Below, one piece after another: positions 19,325-30,600 of a stretch of DNA of 64,000 bases. This stretch comes from an uncultured virus (IMG/VR IMGVR_UViG_3300049783_000823) (lineage: Duplodnaviria; Heunggongvirae; Uroviricota; Caudoviricetes). Positions within the stretch are counted from its first letter, which is position 1, and every line of letters starts with the position of its first letter. The position numbers and the translations under genes are program-made. The stretch lies in the IMG/VR virus record IMGVR_UViG_3300049783_000823. One strand, written 5' to 3'. The notes under the pieces are model-generated. The model ran no database searches and had not been told where the DNA came from. It worked only from the letters and a program-made list of their open reading frames with translations.

Positions 19325-20065
19325 ATGACAGCAGAAGAAATAGCAGCAAAGAAAGCAGCCGACGAAGCTGCAGCAAAGAAAGCCGCCGATGAAGCAGCCG
19401 TAAAAGCAGCAGAAGAAGCAGCCAAAGCTGAAAAAGAAAGACTCGCTAAAGCTAGCGGAGACGATAATTCTAAAGACTCTGATGCGCTTGCCAAAATGGT
19501 GGCCGACAAAGTTGCGGAAGAACTTGCAGGTATTAAAGGGAAGCTAGATAACGCTTATACAGAACGTGATGAACTCAAAGGTAAGCTAGATACCATTGAG
19601 AATGAGAAACGTGAAGCTGAACTAAAGCGTTTGAAGGATGAAGGTGAACACAAAGCTGCTTATGATCTTGAGATTAAGCAACAACGTGAAGAAAACGAAA
19701 AACTTCTTAAAAGAAATACTGAGCTAAGCCGTAACGGAGTGATCAGAGAAGCAATGCGTGGTTTGGACTTCAGAAACACAAAAGCTGCCGACATAGCCTT
19801 TAAAGAGGTGGTTGGTGAGTTAGTGCAATCTGAGACAGGTGATTGGGTTCACAAGACCGGTGTTACTGTTGCGGAATACGTTGAAGCCTTCGCTAAAGAC
19901 GAGGAACAATCTTTTCTATTTAAACCAAAGTCATCTAACGGTGCAGGTACCGGCAAAGGTACAGGAACCACTCAAACCAAAAGCGAAGGTTCTATATTCG
20001 AGCTGACACAAGATGAAGTACTCGCGCGTGCAGCTAAAGGTGAATATGGAAAACCTGGCTATTAA
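19325..20065 (+). CDS. capsid scaffolding protein
   Basis: Charged coiled coil, SFLFKPK...GAGTG tail, directly before MCP. Confidence 0.75.
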   Translation: MTAEEIAAKKAADEAAAKKAADEAAVKAAEEAAKAEKERLAKASGDDNSKDSDALAKMVADKVAEELAGIKGKLDNAYTERDELKGKLDTIENEKREAELKRLKDEGEHKAAYDLEIKQQREENEKLLKRNTELSRNGVIREAMRGLDFRNTKAADIAFKEVVGELVQSETGDWVHKTGVTVAEYVEAFAKDEEQSFLFKPKSSNGAGTGKGTGTTQTKSEGSIFELTQDEVLARAAKGEYGKPGY

Positions 20066-20080
20066 CTTACAGGATAAGAA

Positions 20081-21286
20081 ATGACAGCTTTACAAACTTT
20101 CGGCGGTAACTCGTTTGCATTACAAGCAGCTCTTGGTGCTTATGCAGACGAAGCTTACACAAATGCTCGTAAATTATCGAGCACAGGGATTGTCGGCCCT
20201 AACCCAGACATCAACACTGACACTGAAACCTTTATTGGTCAAGTACGTTGGTTCAAGCCTTTAAACCCGACCATCAACATTGCGTCTTTGACTGACTCTG
20301 CCAAAGGTACAGGAACTAATTACAGTTCTGACTTCAGCACTTATGTTAAATCTGTGCGTACTCACGGTGCTACTCAAATCAATTTAGCTTCAGTTGTTAC
20401 ACGTCAAGATGGCTTAGCTAAAATTGGTCGTGACTTCGCTGAAACTCGTGGTGGTGATGAGCATAATGCAGTATTGGCAACGCTTAAGGGCGTAGCTACA
20501 GCTGAAGCTCTTCATGGCGCTGGCTCTGCTGGCGGCGGTGCTGGATTAGGTGGTCAGACTTTTGACAACGATCCAACTGATAAGAAGTTCGGCTTCTATG
20601 TTGACTTAGGCGCTAATAAGCTTATTGCTGACGCTAGTGTGACAGAGCAAGGTGCTCAACGTGCACAAGGCTTCTTAAATGCATTAGGCATGGCTTGGAA
20701 AGATTATGAGCCAGAATATGCATACTTAGTGACAAGTCCTGAGATTCTTGCATCTTTACGTTCAGCCAACTTGGTCGATCAAGTTCAAATCACTGATGGT
20801 AACATCATGTTTGAGACTATCTTCAATGGCAAGTTCCGCTTGATCCAAACACGTGCTTCTCAAGGTTTCTCTGTAGCTCAGCTTGCTAAGTTGAACTTAG
20901 GTGCAGGTGCTGATATTATCGGTACTAAGACGTCATTTATCGTGCTACCTGGTGCGATTGCTATGGAACCTTTAAGCATTCCTACACCTACTGAGATCTT
21001 CCGCGATGGCGGTGCTTACAATGGTGGTGGAGCTACTGATATTTGGTATCGTTGGGGCTATGTTGCTCACCCTGCTGGTTACAACTGGAATGGTCGTACT
21101 ACGGTCTTTCCTTCTGATGCTGAATTCCAGCAAGTTGTGACTCCTTCGCTTAACGGTGGAGACCCTATCGACTTAATCGATAGTGCTTTGGTAGCAGGCG
21201 CAACTATCGACGGCGCGGTAGGAGTATGGCAGCGTAAAGCTACATCAGCCTTAACGTTGGGTATCTTACCCGTATTTCACAGCTAG
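20081..21286 (+). CDS. major capsid protein
   Basis: 401 aa, high-expression codon bias, WYRWGYVAHPAGYNW near C-terminus, position. Confidence 0.85.
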   Translation: MTALQTFGGNSFALQAALGAYADEAYTNARKLSSTGIVGPNPDINTDTETFIGQVRWFKPLNPTINIASLTDSAKGTGTNYSSDFSTYVKSVRTHGATQINLASVVTRQDGLAKIGRDFAETRGGDEHNAVLATLKGVATAEALHGAGSAGGGAGLGGQTFDNDPTDKKFGFYVDLGANKLIADASVTEQGAQRAQGFLNALGMAWKDYEPEYAYLVTSPEILASLRSANLVDQVQITDGNIMFETIFNGKFRLIQTRASQGFSVAQLAKLNLGAGADIIGTKTSFIVLPGAIAMEPLSIPTPTEIFRDGGAYNGGGATDIWYRWGYVAHPAGYNWNGRTTVFPSDAEFQQVVTPSLNGGDPIDLIDSALVAGATIDGAVGVWQRKATSALTLGILPVFHS

Positions 21287-21299
21287 ATGGAGGTGACTT

Positions 21300-21776
21300 A
21301 TGGCACTAGCTAAAGGCATTAATTCGTACGTAACTGAAGCTGAGGCAGACGCTTACTTTCTGAACAGGTTGGATGTGGACGCATGGACTGCAGCCGATTC
21401 TACTATGAAGGAACAAGCTTTGATCTCCGCTACTCTTATGTTAGAAGACATTGCATGGGTTGGCATGGCTATAAGTGAAACTCAAGATCTAGCATTCCCT
21501 AGGTCTGGCTCTTATTTCGACCCCCGCGTGGGTGCTCTCGTCTATTTATCGGGCGAAGTACCTGCACGGGTAATAAGAGCTACTAAAGAGTTAGCGTATC
21601 ATTTATTGAATAACGAAGGCTTGCAGGATGAAACAGGTGGAGCGCTGGACATTAAAGTCGGCTCTATCGAATTGTCAAAGGTGAGTACTCCAAGTAAGCT
21701 CTCCAGCGTTGTAAGAGATATCATCAAACCTCTTAGGGTTAACGGTGGATCTAACGCATGGTTTAGGGCAAACTAA
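21300..21776 (+). CDS. head-tail adaptor
   Basis: NSYVTEAEADAYF...QDLAFPR...ATKELA. Confidence 0.75.
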   Translation: MALAKGINSYVTEAEADAYFLNRLDVDAWTAADSTMKEQALISATLMLEDIAWVGMAISETQDLAFPRSGSYFDPRVGALVYLSGEVPARVIRATKELAYHLLNNEGLQDETGGALDIKVGSIELSKVSTPSKLSSVVRDIIKPLRVNGGSNAWFRAN

Positions 21777-22147
21777 TGGGGTATCGCGCACTTGTACAAA
21801 GACAGGTAGATTTGGCGTTCAAAGCAATTGGTGATCTTAAAGTGAGCGTTGTGCTCATTAATAGGACTGCTTCTAGCTTTGATTTTGCGGCAGATCAAGC
21901 TGTCACTCTCCCTGATGAAGTTAAAACGATTGAGGGTGTTCTTACAGAAGAAGGAGCAGGATCAAAAGATAGAAAGGGAAGCAACCTTTCTGGAGCTGTT
22001 AAGGCTGAATTGATTCTGAAGTCTACTGATGTGAGGAACCCCGATCTTTATGACACAGCAGTTATCGATGGAGTTGCATGGAAATTTGTGCTCCCTTATG
22101 AAAACAATGGTTACACTATTACTGTAAACTTAGTGAGAGGCTCATGA
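21776..22147 (+). CDS. head closure protein
   Basis: Size and position in neck module. Confidence 0.55.
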   Translation: MGYRALVQRQVDLAFKAIGDLKVSVVLINRTASSFDFAADQAVTLPDEVKTIEGVLTEEGAGSKDRKGSNLSGAVKAELILKSTDVRNPDLYDTAVIDGVAWKFVLPYENNGYTITVNLVRGS

Positions 22148-22554
22148 TGGGTAAGTATTCAGATTTATATGCACACGTCTATTCTGTATTCGGCACGCAA
22201 GAGTGGGTCAATGAGGCGATTGTCACATTTCCTGAGAGTTTCAATGGAAATAAGACGGCTAATGAATACATTACTGTCACAATGATACCCTCCTCTCATG
22301 AGCTAGCTAACCAAACCAGATCAGTATCGGGACAGATACTTATAGATATATTTACGCCTGCTGGTGAAGGCCCTCGTCGGTCTTACGAAATTGCAGACTT
22401 ATTAGATAAACACTTTTCAGGGAAGACCAAATCAAACGGTTCAGGTTCTACTCAATTTATGGCAAGTGTCTTATCAGGACAAGGTGAAGATCCAGATAAT
22501 CCAAGTTTGTATCGAATCCTCTATTCTATTCCTTTTACTTATTACGGAGTTTAA
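22144..22554 (+). CDS. tail terminator/completion protein
   Basis: GQILIDIFTPAGEG...IADLLDKHF. Confidence 0.65.
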   Translation: MMGKYSDLYAHVYSVFGTQEWVNEAIVTFPESFNGNKTANEYITVTMIPSSHELANQTRSVSGQILIDIFTPAGEGPRRSYEIADLLDKHFSGKTKSNGSGSTQFMASVLSGQGEDPDNPSLYRILYSIPFTYYGV

Positions 22555-22559
22555 CAACA

Positions 22560-23126
22560 ATGGCACACATTACTTCAATCGGCGCAGGTATCTATTCTGA
22601 CTTATCAGTAGCTACTGCAGTCTTAACATCGACCGAATTAGCGACAACAGCTAGCACCGCCAAGGCAGATTTTGATGCTTTGATGGATTCAGCTAACCTT
22701 TTAACCCGCATCAAAGATGTACGTGAGTTCCCTTCAATGGGTACACCTGCTAACATCGTGAATGTTCCTGTTTATGGCCAATCAACTAGCCAACAAGTGC
22801 AGGGCCAGGCTGATGCACCTAACTTAGAAATCACTATCAACTATGTTGCTTCTGAATGGGCTGATGGCTCTGTTCTTGGCGATTATGTTGGTGATGGATT
22901 ACCTAAGTTGTTCCGTTTCACTTTGCTTAACGCGGAGCCTGTTTCTGTTCTCCCTGCTGATGATTACGGTTCATCTGCATTAGGTCTAGGCACAGTTGAG
23001 AACACCTATTTCTATTTCATTGGTAAGATGGAAGCGTTATTGGTGAATCCTCAGTTAACGGATGCCAATACAGCGACACTTACGCTGTCAGCTCAGTCTG
23101 AATTCTTCGGTTCTTTCACTGTCTAA
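22560..23126 (+). CDS. major tail tube protein
   Basis: VREFPSMGTPANIVNVPVYG...GQADAP. Confidence 0.75.
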   Translation: MAHITSIGAGIYSDLSVATAVLTSTELATTASTAKADFDALMDSANLLTRIKDVREFPSMGTPANIVNVPVYGQSTSQQVQGQADAPNLEITINYVASEWADGSVLGDYVGDGLPKLFRFTLLNAEPVSVLPADDYGSSALGLGTVENTYFYFIGKMEALLVNPQLTDANTATLTLSAQSEFFGSFTV

Positions 23127-23292
23127 TTGAGCAATCGATTGCAACAGGAAACACAGGTGGTGCGTTCAGTTGAAAGCCTGTAAGCAGCGTTGCAATCATT
23201 TATGAAGGGTATAACCCCGCGCAGAGGTTATATTAAACGACAAATCTTCTTGTGCCCTTTATTTTTTTTAAATATAAATAAAGAATAATAAA

Positions 23293-23529
23293 ATGTCTGA
23301 AGAAAATACGAAACCATTCAGTCAAGCTTATGTCTTAAGAACAACCGCGAAGTACATGCGGAAACAGATAGATGTGAGCATACGTAAGACTTTCGAGCGT
23401 ATGGCTGAGTTTGATGGTAATCAAGAAAAGGCAGCAGAGGTATTCTCCACACTAGCGAATTTGCATTCTATGCGTAAGCAAGTGGACGACTTCCAGCTGG
23501 CAAATAAAGAAAGTTTCATGGGCAAGTAG
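23293..23529 (+). CDS. hypothetical helical protein between tail tube and chaperone genes
   Basis: 78-aa ORF after a structured intergenic region. Confidence 0.65.
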   Translation: MSEENTKPFSQAYVLRTTAKYMRKQIDVSIRKTFERMAEFDGNQEKAAEVFSTLANLHSMRKQVDDFQLANKESFMGK

Positions 23530-23585
23530 CAATGTCTACACCTAATTTGAAAATTAAGAATAATCCAAATAATAAGGTTAACAAA

Positions 23586-23882
23586 ATGAGCATTAAAGAA
23601 TTAGCGAAAAAGAGCATTACAAAGAAAGTACCATTCATGGGCGAAAAAGTTTCAATTAAGAAACTTAGCGTGTCTGAGGTGATGGAGATTCAAGATTTAG
23701 CGAAAGACATCGGTGAAGATGAGTCTAAGGGTTTTGAAATCTTAAAACACGTTATCGTAGTAGCTACTGAAGGCGCTGAGGATCTTTCTGATCAAGACTT
23801 TGATTCTTTCCCTATGGAAGAGTTAAGCAAGCTTTCTGATGAAATTATGAAATTCTCAGGAATGGGTGAGAAGGGAAAGTAG
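23586..23882 (+). CDS. tail assembly chaperone (gpG-like)
   Basis: IKKLSVSEVMEIQ; ends in slippery G GGA AAG; ORF 23532..23882. Confidence 0.75.
   Translation: MSIKELAKKSITKKVPFMGEKVSIKKLSVSEVMEIQDLAKDIGEDESKGFEILKHVIVVATEGAEDLSDQDFDSFPMEELSKLSDEIMKFSGMGEKGK
23873..23879 (+). other. programmed -1 ribosomal frameshift site GGGAAAG
   Basis: Same heptamer as lambda G/T; -1 frame is open into ORF 23900..24235. Confidence 0.8.
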
Positions 23883-24235
23883 AACTCTCCGATCGAGACA
23901 TGATGTTACACGAGATGGCTCATCGGATAGGTTGTTTTGTATGCGAACTTGTATCCATTCCTAACGATGAGTTCATTAAGTGGCAGATGTTCTTCGAGAG
24001 GAGACCGATAGGGTGGCGTGAAGACGACCGTACTATGAAGCTACTACAGGCACAAGGTGTCAAAGAGAAGGCATCTAATATCTTTGAATCTTTAGCTGTG
24101 ATGGCTGAATACGAAGAGAAGCAAAGAAAAGAACGTACTAAAATAAATAAATTATCGTCAGCTAACCTTAAGAGGTCCGCTATGTTTAGTAAACTACTAG
24201 GTGCAAAAGGTGGAGATAAATTAGATGTCCTTTAA
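23879..24235 (+). CDS. gpT-like frameshift extension of tail chaperone
   Basis: HEMAHRIG...EFIKWQMFF...PIGWREDDR. Confidence 0.7.
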   Translation, partial: VELSDRDMMLHEMAHRIGCFVCELVSIPNDEFIKWQMFFERRPIGWREDDRTMKLLQAQGVKEKASNIFESLAVMAEYEEKQRKERTKINKLSSANLKRSAMFSKLLGAKGGDKLDVL

Positions 24236-24557
24236 AATAACCGTAAGCGGTGTTGATGAGGTCTTTGCTGAAATAAATGCTAAGGTTAAATCTACCGCTA
24301 GAAAAGGTGAAGCTGAGAAGGCTTCGGAGATAAAGAATAAGCTCGTATCAGCGACACCTGTAGACACGGGAGAGGCTAAAGCAGGCTGGAGACTTAACAA
24401 AGAAATCAAAGGGTTTTCGATATCTAATGATGTCGATCATATTGGTCCTTTGAATAGCGGGTCTTCTAAACAAGCGCCTTCTCGGTTTATTGAAAAGACG
24501 GTGTTAAGCGTGCCAGGGGTAAAACCCAATGGTGCAATAGTGAAAGATAACAACTGA
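24225..24557 (+). CDS. HK97 gp10-like neck protein
   Basis: TPVDTGEAKAGW...LNSGSSKQAPSRFIE. Confidence 0.8.
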   Translation: MSFKITVSGVDEVFAEINAKVKSTARKGEAEKASEIKNKLVSATPVDTGEAKAGWRLNKEIKGFSISNDVDHIGPLNSGSSKQAPSRFIEKTVLSVPGVKPNGAIVKDNN

Positions 24558-24559
24558 CA

Positions 24560-24603
24560 TGCCCCTGATGGCGAGCCTATATTGGTTCCCGTCAGGGTTT
24601 TTA
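24560..24603 (+). terminator. hairpin before tape measure gene
   Basis: CCCTGATGG...CCGTCAGGG followed by TTTTT. Confidence 0.55.
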
Positions 24604-24622
24604 ATTAAAGAGAGGTGACAAT

Positions 24623-27600
24623 ATGTCAGGTGTACAAGTTGATGTAAACGCAAACACTACTCAGGCTAACAGGGAGCTTGCGAAGTTAAATAGATCCCTC
24701 GGAAACATAGAAGCAACTACAAGTAAGACTTCTAAGGCTATGTCCAGTTTAGCTAAAAGTATAGTTGTAGCTGCAGGCTCATTCGTAGCGACAGGCTACT
24801 TTAAGAATGTTTCTGATGGCTTTACAAATATGAGCAATAGGGTCAGATTGGTTACGGGAGACACCAATGATCTGATTAAAGCTCAAAATGAGCTAATAAA
24901 GATTTCCCAAAGAACAAGAGTGACTTTTGAATCTTCTACTGAAGTTTTCAATAAATTTGGCAGAGCGTTAAAAGGTACAGGCGTGCCTGTTGACAAAATA
25001 CTTAAAGTCACTGAATCGATACAACAAGCTGTTGTCATATCTGGCGCAAGCGTGGAATCCGCTAATTCAGCATTACTACAGTTAGGTCAAGGTTTAGCTG
25101 CTGGTCAGTTGCGTGGGCAAGAGCTTAACTCTGTAATGGAACAGACTCCTAGGATTGCGCAGGCTATAGCTGCCAGCTTAGGCGTAGGAATTGGTGATTT
25201 AAGGAAACTTGCTGAACAAGGTGCACTTACGACCACCGTTGTCTTTGATGCTTTGCAAAAACGAGCAGGTGTGATAGCTGGTGAATTTGAAGGTATGAAT
25301 GCCACTATCGCTCAAAGCTTCTTAGTCTTATCTCAGTCAACCAAAGTGTTCACAGGTGGGTTCTTGAAAGGGCTAGGTAGTGATAACTTAGCCGCCAATT
25401 TCGCACTATCGTTAGCTAAATCAATAGATAAGGCTTCTGAAGATATAACGATCAGAACGGCGCTATTTGTATCTAAATTTAAGGCAATAGTCAGTGACAT
25501 CAGGCTTATCGCAGATCCTCTGGCGCGTGTGTTTAAGCAAATCGGTATAACTATCCTTGAAGCATTGCCTGCGCCTAAGTTGGTGAGTACCTTAGCCAGG
25601 GATATGAAGAAAGCTATCATCTCTTACTTAGGTCCAATAGTGACAGTCTTTAGGTCTGCTCAAAACTCTATGGTTTCGTTTTTCGAATCTATGGACGTGT
25701 TCAACATAAGACCAGTGTTAGGTGCATTATATGATTTAGCTGATATCGACTTCAGCTTTTCGAGAGAGACTCTGACAGCCTACTCTAAAGGTCTTGATAA
25801 GCTTGCCAGTGCTATCAAATTTAATCGTGAGGATAGTATCTTTGTATCTATTGCTCAGGGAATGGTACACGCTGAGCAGGGCGCAAGATCTTTAGGCAGA
25901 TACCTAGGTGTATTTGAGGATACATTCTTGATCTTTAGGGCAGAGCAAGCTGTACCTTTCTTCCGTTTGTTTGAAGAGTTTGGTCAAATAATCCCACGTA
26001 TTGTTCGCGAGGTTAAGACATTAAAATTCACTATGCTGGAGTTGTTAGGTGACTTTGGGCCAGGTTTAACTAAGCTACTGGGAGTGGATGAAGCAATTAA
26101 AGGCTTGTTTGCTGTAGCAGATTTAGTCAATAAGTCTGTTGCCTTTCTAGCCGCACCTTTCGTCTCCTTACTTAATGAGAAAGCGTCTACAACGGTCGAG
26201 ATGATGTCGTCTCTCGAAAAACTTAGCGGCAGCTTTGCGAATAACATAGGGAAATCTTTTGCAAAATTAGGCGACAGCGGTGATATTTTCGGATTAACGA
26301 AAGCTTACAAAGTCATAGATGCTTTCATGGGTAAATTCAGCGAGTTGACTGGTCTTCTTGAATCTGATTCTTGGTGGACTGACACGATTGAAAGCGTAGT
26401 AAGCACTTCTAATGCGTTATGGGGAATGGTCGCTTCTGGCTTCAGACGTTTCCAAAATGGCGTTACCGGAGCGTTTCGCCATCTATTTAACGCCTTTCGG
26501 AGTCTAGGTGAGGCAGTGACTAGTCTGTATGAGAACATATTTGAAGGCGACCAATTGATCGGTAAGTTCTTGATATTCGGTTTGATAGGCGCTGCTCTAC
26601 TAGGTACAGGTACTATTCTCGCTTTCGGTGCTGCTTTCTTGGCAGTCAAGGTTTATTTAGGATATGCAGGGGACGCAACTGATAAACTAGTTGAAGGTTT
26701 CGAGTCACTAGGTTTGGCTGCAACGTCTATCCTCGGTATATTCAAACCATTACTGGATACTTTCAAAAGTGTTAAAGAAATGTCTGTTGAGGGTTTATCT
26801 GACGCAGCTGATTACATTGAAGACTTTTCAGATGACGTCATAAGTTTCTTTGAGAACATTTATGATAAGGTAATCGGTAATTCCTGGTGGACTGATACAA
26901 TAGATAATGTTATTGAAACATCTAGGAGCCTAGCGAATAAGACCAGAGCTGGGTTGACTGACTTTACTAAGAAGACAATAGGTTACTTCAAAGAGATTAA
27001 AGAGGAAGCTAAGTCCCTTACAGCTTACAAGATATCCTTTGATTTGGTATCAGATTTTAAAGCGTCTGACTTGTTTGGTGATGTTCTTTCATTTAATACT
27101 CTGGGGGACACTTTCGGAGAACGTATGATAGTTTTGATGAATACGTTTAAGGAAGAGTTTCCTAATGTGTTTAAATCAGCGTTGTTAGCTTTAGCAGGAC
27201 TGGCTGTGACTATACTGTTCCCAGCAGGTAAGATTAAGACGGCAATCCTTACAGGTTTAACAGGTGCATTCATTGCAACTAGTACACTAATCGCAGATGC
27301 TTTTGGAACCGTTAGATTGAACTCAGGTTTATTTGCAGAACTTAGTCTCCGTTTCGGTCAAGTGGCTGCAGAGTTTATTAACAGCATAGTAAGAAATTTG
27401 CCGAATATCGTATCGGCTCTTATAGACACTGTCGGCGGACTGGCCAGAGGTGTGCTCACGAATTTAATAGGCGTTGGTGGTATATTTAAAGCCTTATTTG
27501 ATGTAGCAGATGTAGCAGGCGTCGGGAATCCTTTAGGGATATTCTTTGGGTACCTCTTCGGTAAGTCTATATTACCCATTCTTAGTGCTACTAAATACGG

Positions 27601-30600
27601 GAAAGCTGCAATATCGGCTTTCTTAGCTGTCACTAACTCAGCACTTGCCGCTAGAATAATAGCAGGTGGAGGGTGGATTTATAAGTTTATCTTCGGAAGC
27701 AGTAAGGGTGTTTTAATCGGTGCTATTGGTTTGTTTGCCAGTTTTACGGGCATTTTAGAGTCTTTGGTCTCTAATTCGTTGATACGCTTTTTACTTGAAG
27801 ACGGTTTCTTTGTTATGCTTCTTTTTGGAAACAAAGGATTGGCTAAGGTTTTGGGAATTTTCCCATTCTTAAAGAAAAGTATCTTAGACTTCAGTCGTAC
27901 TGCATTCTTCGCATTAACTAATGCACTTCCATCTGGAGCAGGAGGGTTGCTATACGGTATGTTCTATGGAGCAAAAGGCTCTAACGGGTCTTTTCTTAGA
28001 GGGATAAGAGATTTAGCCTCAAAGGTTGGTGATCTATTTAGCTTTGGAGCTATTGCAAGAGGCACATCAGGGAGTCTACTACTTAATGCTATTGTAGGGA
28101 ACTTCAAGGACATGCTGGTAATTACCGAGACGTTTGTGACAAGTCTAAGGCTAAAACTTTTAGACTTTGGTCGATTCGTAGCACTTACCTTTTCACGTAT
28201 CGCTACAGTATCAGGAGCCGCATTTACGTTCGCAGGTGCTTCAGCTAAAATTGATTCAATATTAGGTTCGTTTAATAAGCTAGAAACTAAGGTATTAGCC
28301 TTCGCCAGTAGGATATTCGGTGTAATAGGAGCCGGTGGTTTTATTGGTCGCTTCTTATTCGGGAAAGTCGGCATAGGCATTGCAATCGCTGCTCTTGGTT
28401 TGCTTTTCTCTTCATCATCAGAAGCTGCAGGGCAGTCAGTTAAGCAGCTGGAAGATATGGAGGAAAGGGTAAACTCAGCAGACTTATCTGTAACTTCATT
28501 TACCGAGAACTTGAAGAATCTTGGTGTTAGTGAAACATTGACGGATAATATGGGGTTGCTGGCTACAGTAACTATCCCGCTTATGATATTAGGGATTCAG
28601 AAGTTCGCAAAGGCTAGTCTGTTGGCTGCTAAGAACGTATACAAAGCAAGAACAGCAAATTCTAGGGTACGAAAAGACGGCAGAGATAATGCTAAGAAAG
28701 CCGCAGGTGGTCTTGCAGCCGCTACAACCTTCGCAAGTACAGGTGATATCTTTACAGCCGCCGCCACATTTGCTGCTGCTGAGTATGCTTTCGGTTTGCT
28801 ATTTGATCGAATTGGGAAAGCAGCTCAAGCTAAGCTTGCGCTATGGGGTACTAGACTAGTTGCAGGTGTTATTGCTTTCTTCAGTAGTGTGCCTGTATTG
28901 ATTGGGTTAGCCATAACCGCCGTAGTAGTAGGTGGAATTGGCTTATTTGATCTTGTATTTGGCGATGAAAAGTCTTGGTTTGAATCTATGCGTAAGCGTA
29001 TAGACAGCATAAAAGAATTCTTTGGAGTTGTTGAAAAGAAAAAGACTCCAGGTGAGAGACGTTTTGGCTCTATTATTGAAGATAATGCTAATGATGTTCA
29101 GGAAGACGGCTCAGGTATAAAACTAGACTTCAGCAATCGATTGCAACAGATCAATACTTCATTATTATCTGAGAGACAAATAGATCTATTATCGAAGAGT
29201 TTCGAACACTATAATGACATGCTAGGTAGAGTCATTGAGGAACAGGAAGACTTTGGAAAGACAACCGATAAGACAGCGGAAAACGTACGCGAGTTTGGAA
29301 GGCAAATGGATAAACAGTTATCTAGAGCCGCTTTAGAAACAGGCCGCAATGTTGCAGAAATGCGAAAGGATATCAATAGTCTTAATGAGTTCCCCGAAGA
29401 AGACGTAGGATTCTTTAGAGGTATAGCCAATTCTATAGGCCAGGCTGCTAATGATGTAGAGTTCAACACTACTAAATTCCTTATAGGGCTAGCAGGTGAC
29501 GCCAAGTCTAAGAAAAACTTAGCTGAGCTTATAGCGTTGCGCAAAGATTACTTCAACGTGCAAAGAGCTAAGCCTACCGAGAATGTTCTCAATATGCAGA
29601 GTGCGCTAGATGAGGCTGGAGAGCTGAATGTGTTCGGCAGTTTCGATAAATTAGACCAAGATGCTGTTATACAGTTTAAGGCACTTGAGAGGAAACTTAT
29701 TGTTGCAAGCGAAGAGGTATTTGGGGACAAAGATCTTCACGATTCTCTTCGTAGTGGTATATATGCGACAGACATCCTCAATGCTCCAGAGAAGTTGCGC
29801 TGGTTAGCGCGATTTAGATCTGACTATGCAGCCTCTTTAAATGAGCTAATTGAAGAAAAGAAAAGTATTGATTCAGTTTTGGAGAATGATGCTATATTTG
29901 CTGGGCTTCAAGATGCCCTCAAGGGTACAGATATCCAGATAGATAAGAATCTTTTCCAGAGTTTTCTCCCGCATGCTAGACGAGAGCTTCTTGAGATCAG
30001 TGAGGAAATCGACAAAGCTGTTGATGACTACGAAAATGCTGGCATCTATGAGAGGATGTTTGGTGGTGAAAAAGCTAAATTAGACACTCTTACAATAAAG
30101 TTCAATGCAATTTCTGCAATAAACGGTAAGGATGTCTCTCTTGACACTTTCAATGCAGCTGTAGACTTTGCAGATCAGTTGGACTTAGATATTGATAAGT
30201 CTATTTTCTTGAATGTTAACTCTAACGAACTATCTGTGGCTAAAGATAAGCTACAAGAATTGGTTCTATTTAGTGAAAACCTTAAGGCTGAAAACAGCGG
30301 CACACTATCTAAGTCTAAAACTGTGTTGTTCTTAAATGACCTTGGGATCCCCTATGGGAATATCCCTAAGGCTGCATTAGACGGCGACAGAAAGGCGTTA
30401 CTTAAGATTCTAGATGATCAAAAAGAAAAGATAAAGAAGTACTTACTAGGTCGTCCCAGCGTTGAGGGTTCAGAGGCATTAAGGGCTATGTCAGGCTTTG
30501 ACTTTTCATCTGCTACTCTCGGTAATGTACTCGAGCGTGATATCAGTAAACTACAAGGCGTGATAACAAGAGGTATTGAAGCTCGAAACAATTTCACCAA

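Noticed and set aside
23144..23190. CAGG/AAGCAGC resemblance to SRP RNA domain IV
   Set aside because: Spacing is wrong and there is no GNRA-capped 3-bp stem; kept only as an unnamed structure.
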